A stretch of DNA of 64,000 bases from the human T2T-CHM13v2.0 reference genome, Homo sapiens, in the NCBI RefSeq assembly GCF_009914755.1, contig NC_060938.1; one strand, 5' to 3'. A program made the translations under genes and the position numbers. Numbering within the stretch: the stretch's first letter is position 1; every line of letters begins with the position of its first letter. Of the stretch, positions 63,200 through 64,000 are shown in pieces. The notes below the pieces were generated by a model, which did not search any database, had not been told where the DNA came from, and worked only from the letters and a program-made list of their open reading frames with translations.

Positions 63200-64000
63200 T
63201 AGGGTGAATTTCCAATAGCCATTGTTGCTCTCCTTTCACCATCTACCATAGCTTGCAAGAAAAAATTACTATCAGTTTAGCATCATACACCTGAAGCTGC
63301 CAAGTTCAACTCCAGCTCAAATCAGATATATGACAAATTTCAGGACAACAATGACTCATACATTTGTAGCTAAGAATTTTAAGCCCAGGAGGTTTCACAC
63401 ATTAAACACATACTTTAAACACAGAAATAGAAGATAGTCTTTGCTAAAATAAGTGAATAATAAGAATATGTAAGCATGAAAATACATGGACATTCATAGA
63501 ACATCTCTCTACAGCTTATTAAAGGAGAGGTACAGACAGGGTCCTGGTTTACTGGTACAATTTGGCAATCAAAACAGTTCCTGAAGGAGATTAAGATGGC
63601 TGTTCCTCTTTCTAGATTTTGTTTAATTTCAGCTTTATACATTTTTCAGCTTTATATATTTTCCATAGAATCCTTCTACCTTTTTGCTGAATTTAGCATC
63701 CCTTTCATTAATGTAGTCAATATCTGCATCATTATTATAGGGACATCTTGAGCTATATTTGTCTCATGCTTCAATTTGCTTTTCCCAGTCTATGAGCATC
63801 CTATCGATTTCCTCTGTGGAAGGCACATATTCCGTGAAGAAGGCTGCTGGATATTGGGTAGAACTCCTGTCCATAGTTTTCTCTTAGTTTTAATTTCTAT
63901 GTCAGGTTTGATCTGTTTCGTCGACCATGGCACTGGCATACCTGGGCAGCAGCATAATATGAAATTCCCAGATCAGGGTTTTTCCTCTTCTATTTCCTTC
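63200..64000 (-). pseudogene. SYF2: SYF2 processed pseudogene (CDS remnant 63591-64000 plus 3'UTR; continues off the right edge)
   Basis: Contiguous minus-strand translation [76 protein letters not shown], with frameshifts and stops. Confidence 0.93.

Overview
Human (an AluYb8 is present) AT-rich, repeat-dense genomic DNA. I see no intact protein-coding gene, RNA gene or CRISPR array. Much of the window is interspersed repeats: the 3' end of an L1PA3-like element, older L1M, L2 and L3 fragments, about a dozen Alus, MaLR and ERV1 solo LTRs, a decayed class I ERV, a truncated HERV-S/HERVL18 provirus, MER2 and HSMAR2. A SYF2 processed pseudogene runs off the right edge next to a second retrocopy that contains only a 3'UTR. 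Four things stand out. (1) A 258-bp insertion at 39120-39377 consists of two perfect inverted copies of local sequence, from 5.3 kb upstream and 5.5 kb downstream, joined by a 4-bp microhomology. This is the head-to-tail junction of an 11.26-kb circle or duplication, sitting near that segment's midpoint. (2) The HERV-S provirus carries a strand-specific GA->AA (APOBEC3-like) signature that hits its catalytic acidic residues. (3) Splice-site-bounded, phase-compatible, nearly open + strand exon candidates from 20 to 56 kb suggest a dead multi-exon gene I could not identify. (4) An older inverted copy of an Alu-Alu junction lies at 13.4 kb. Repeat subfamily names come from recognition by eye and need Dfam/RepeatMasker confirmation.
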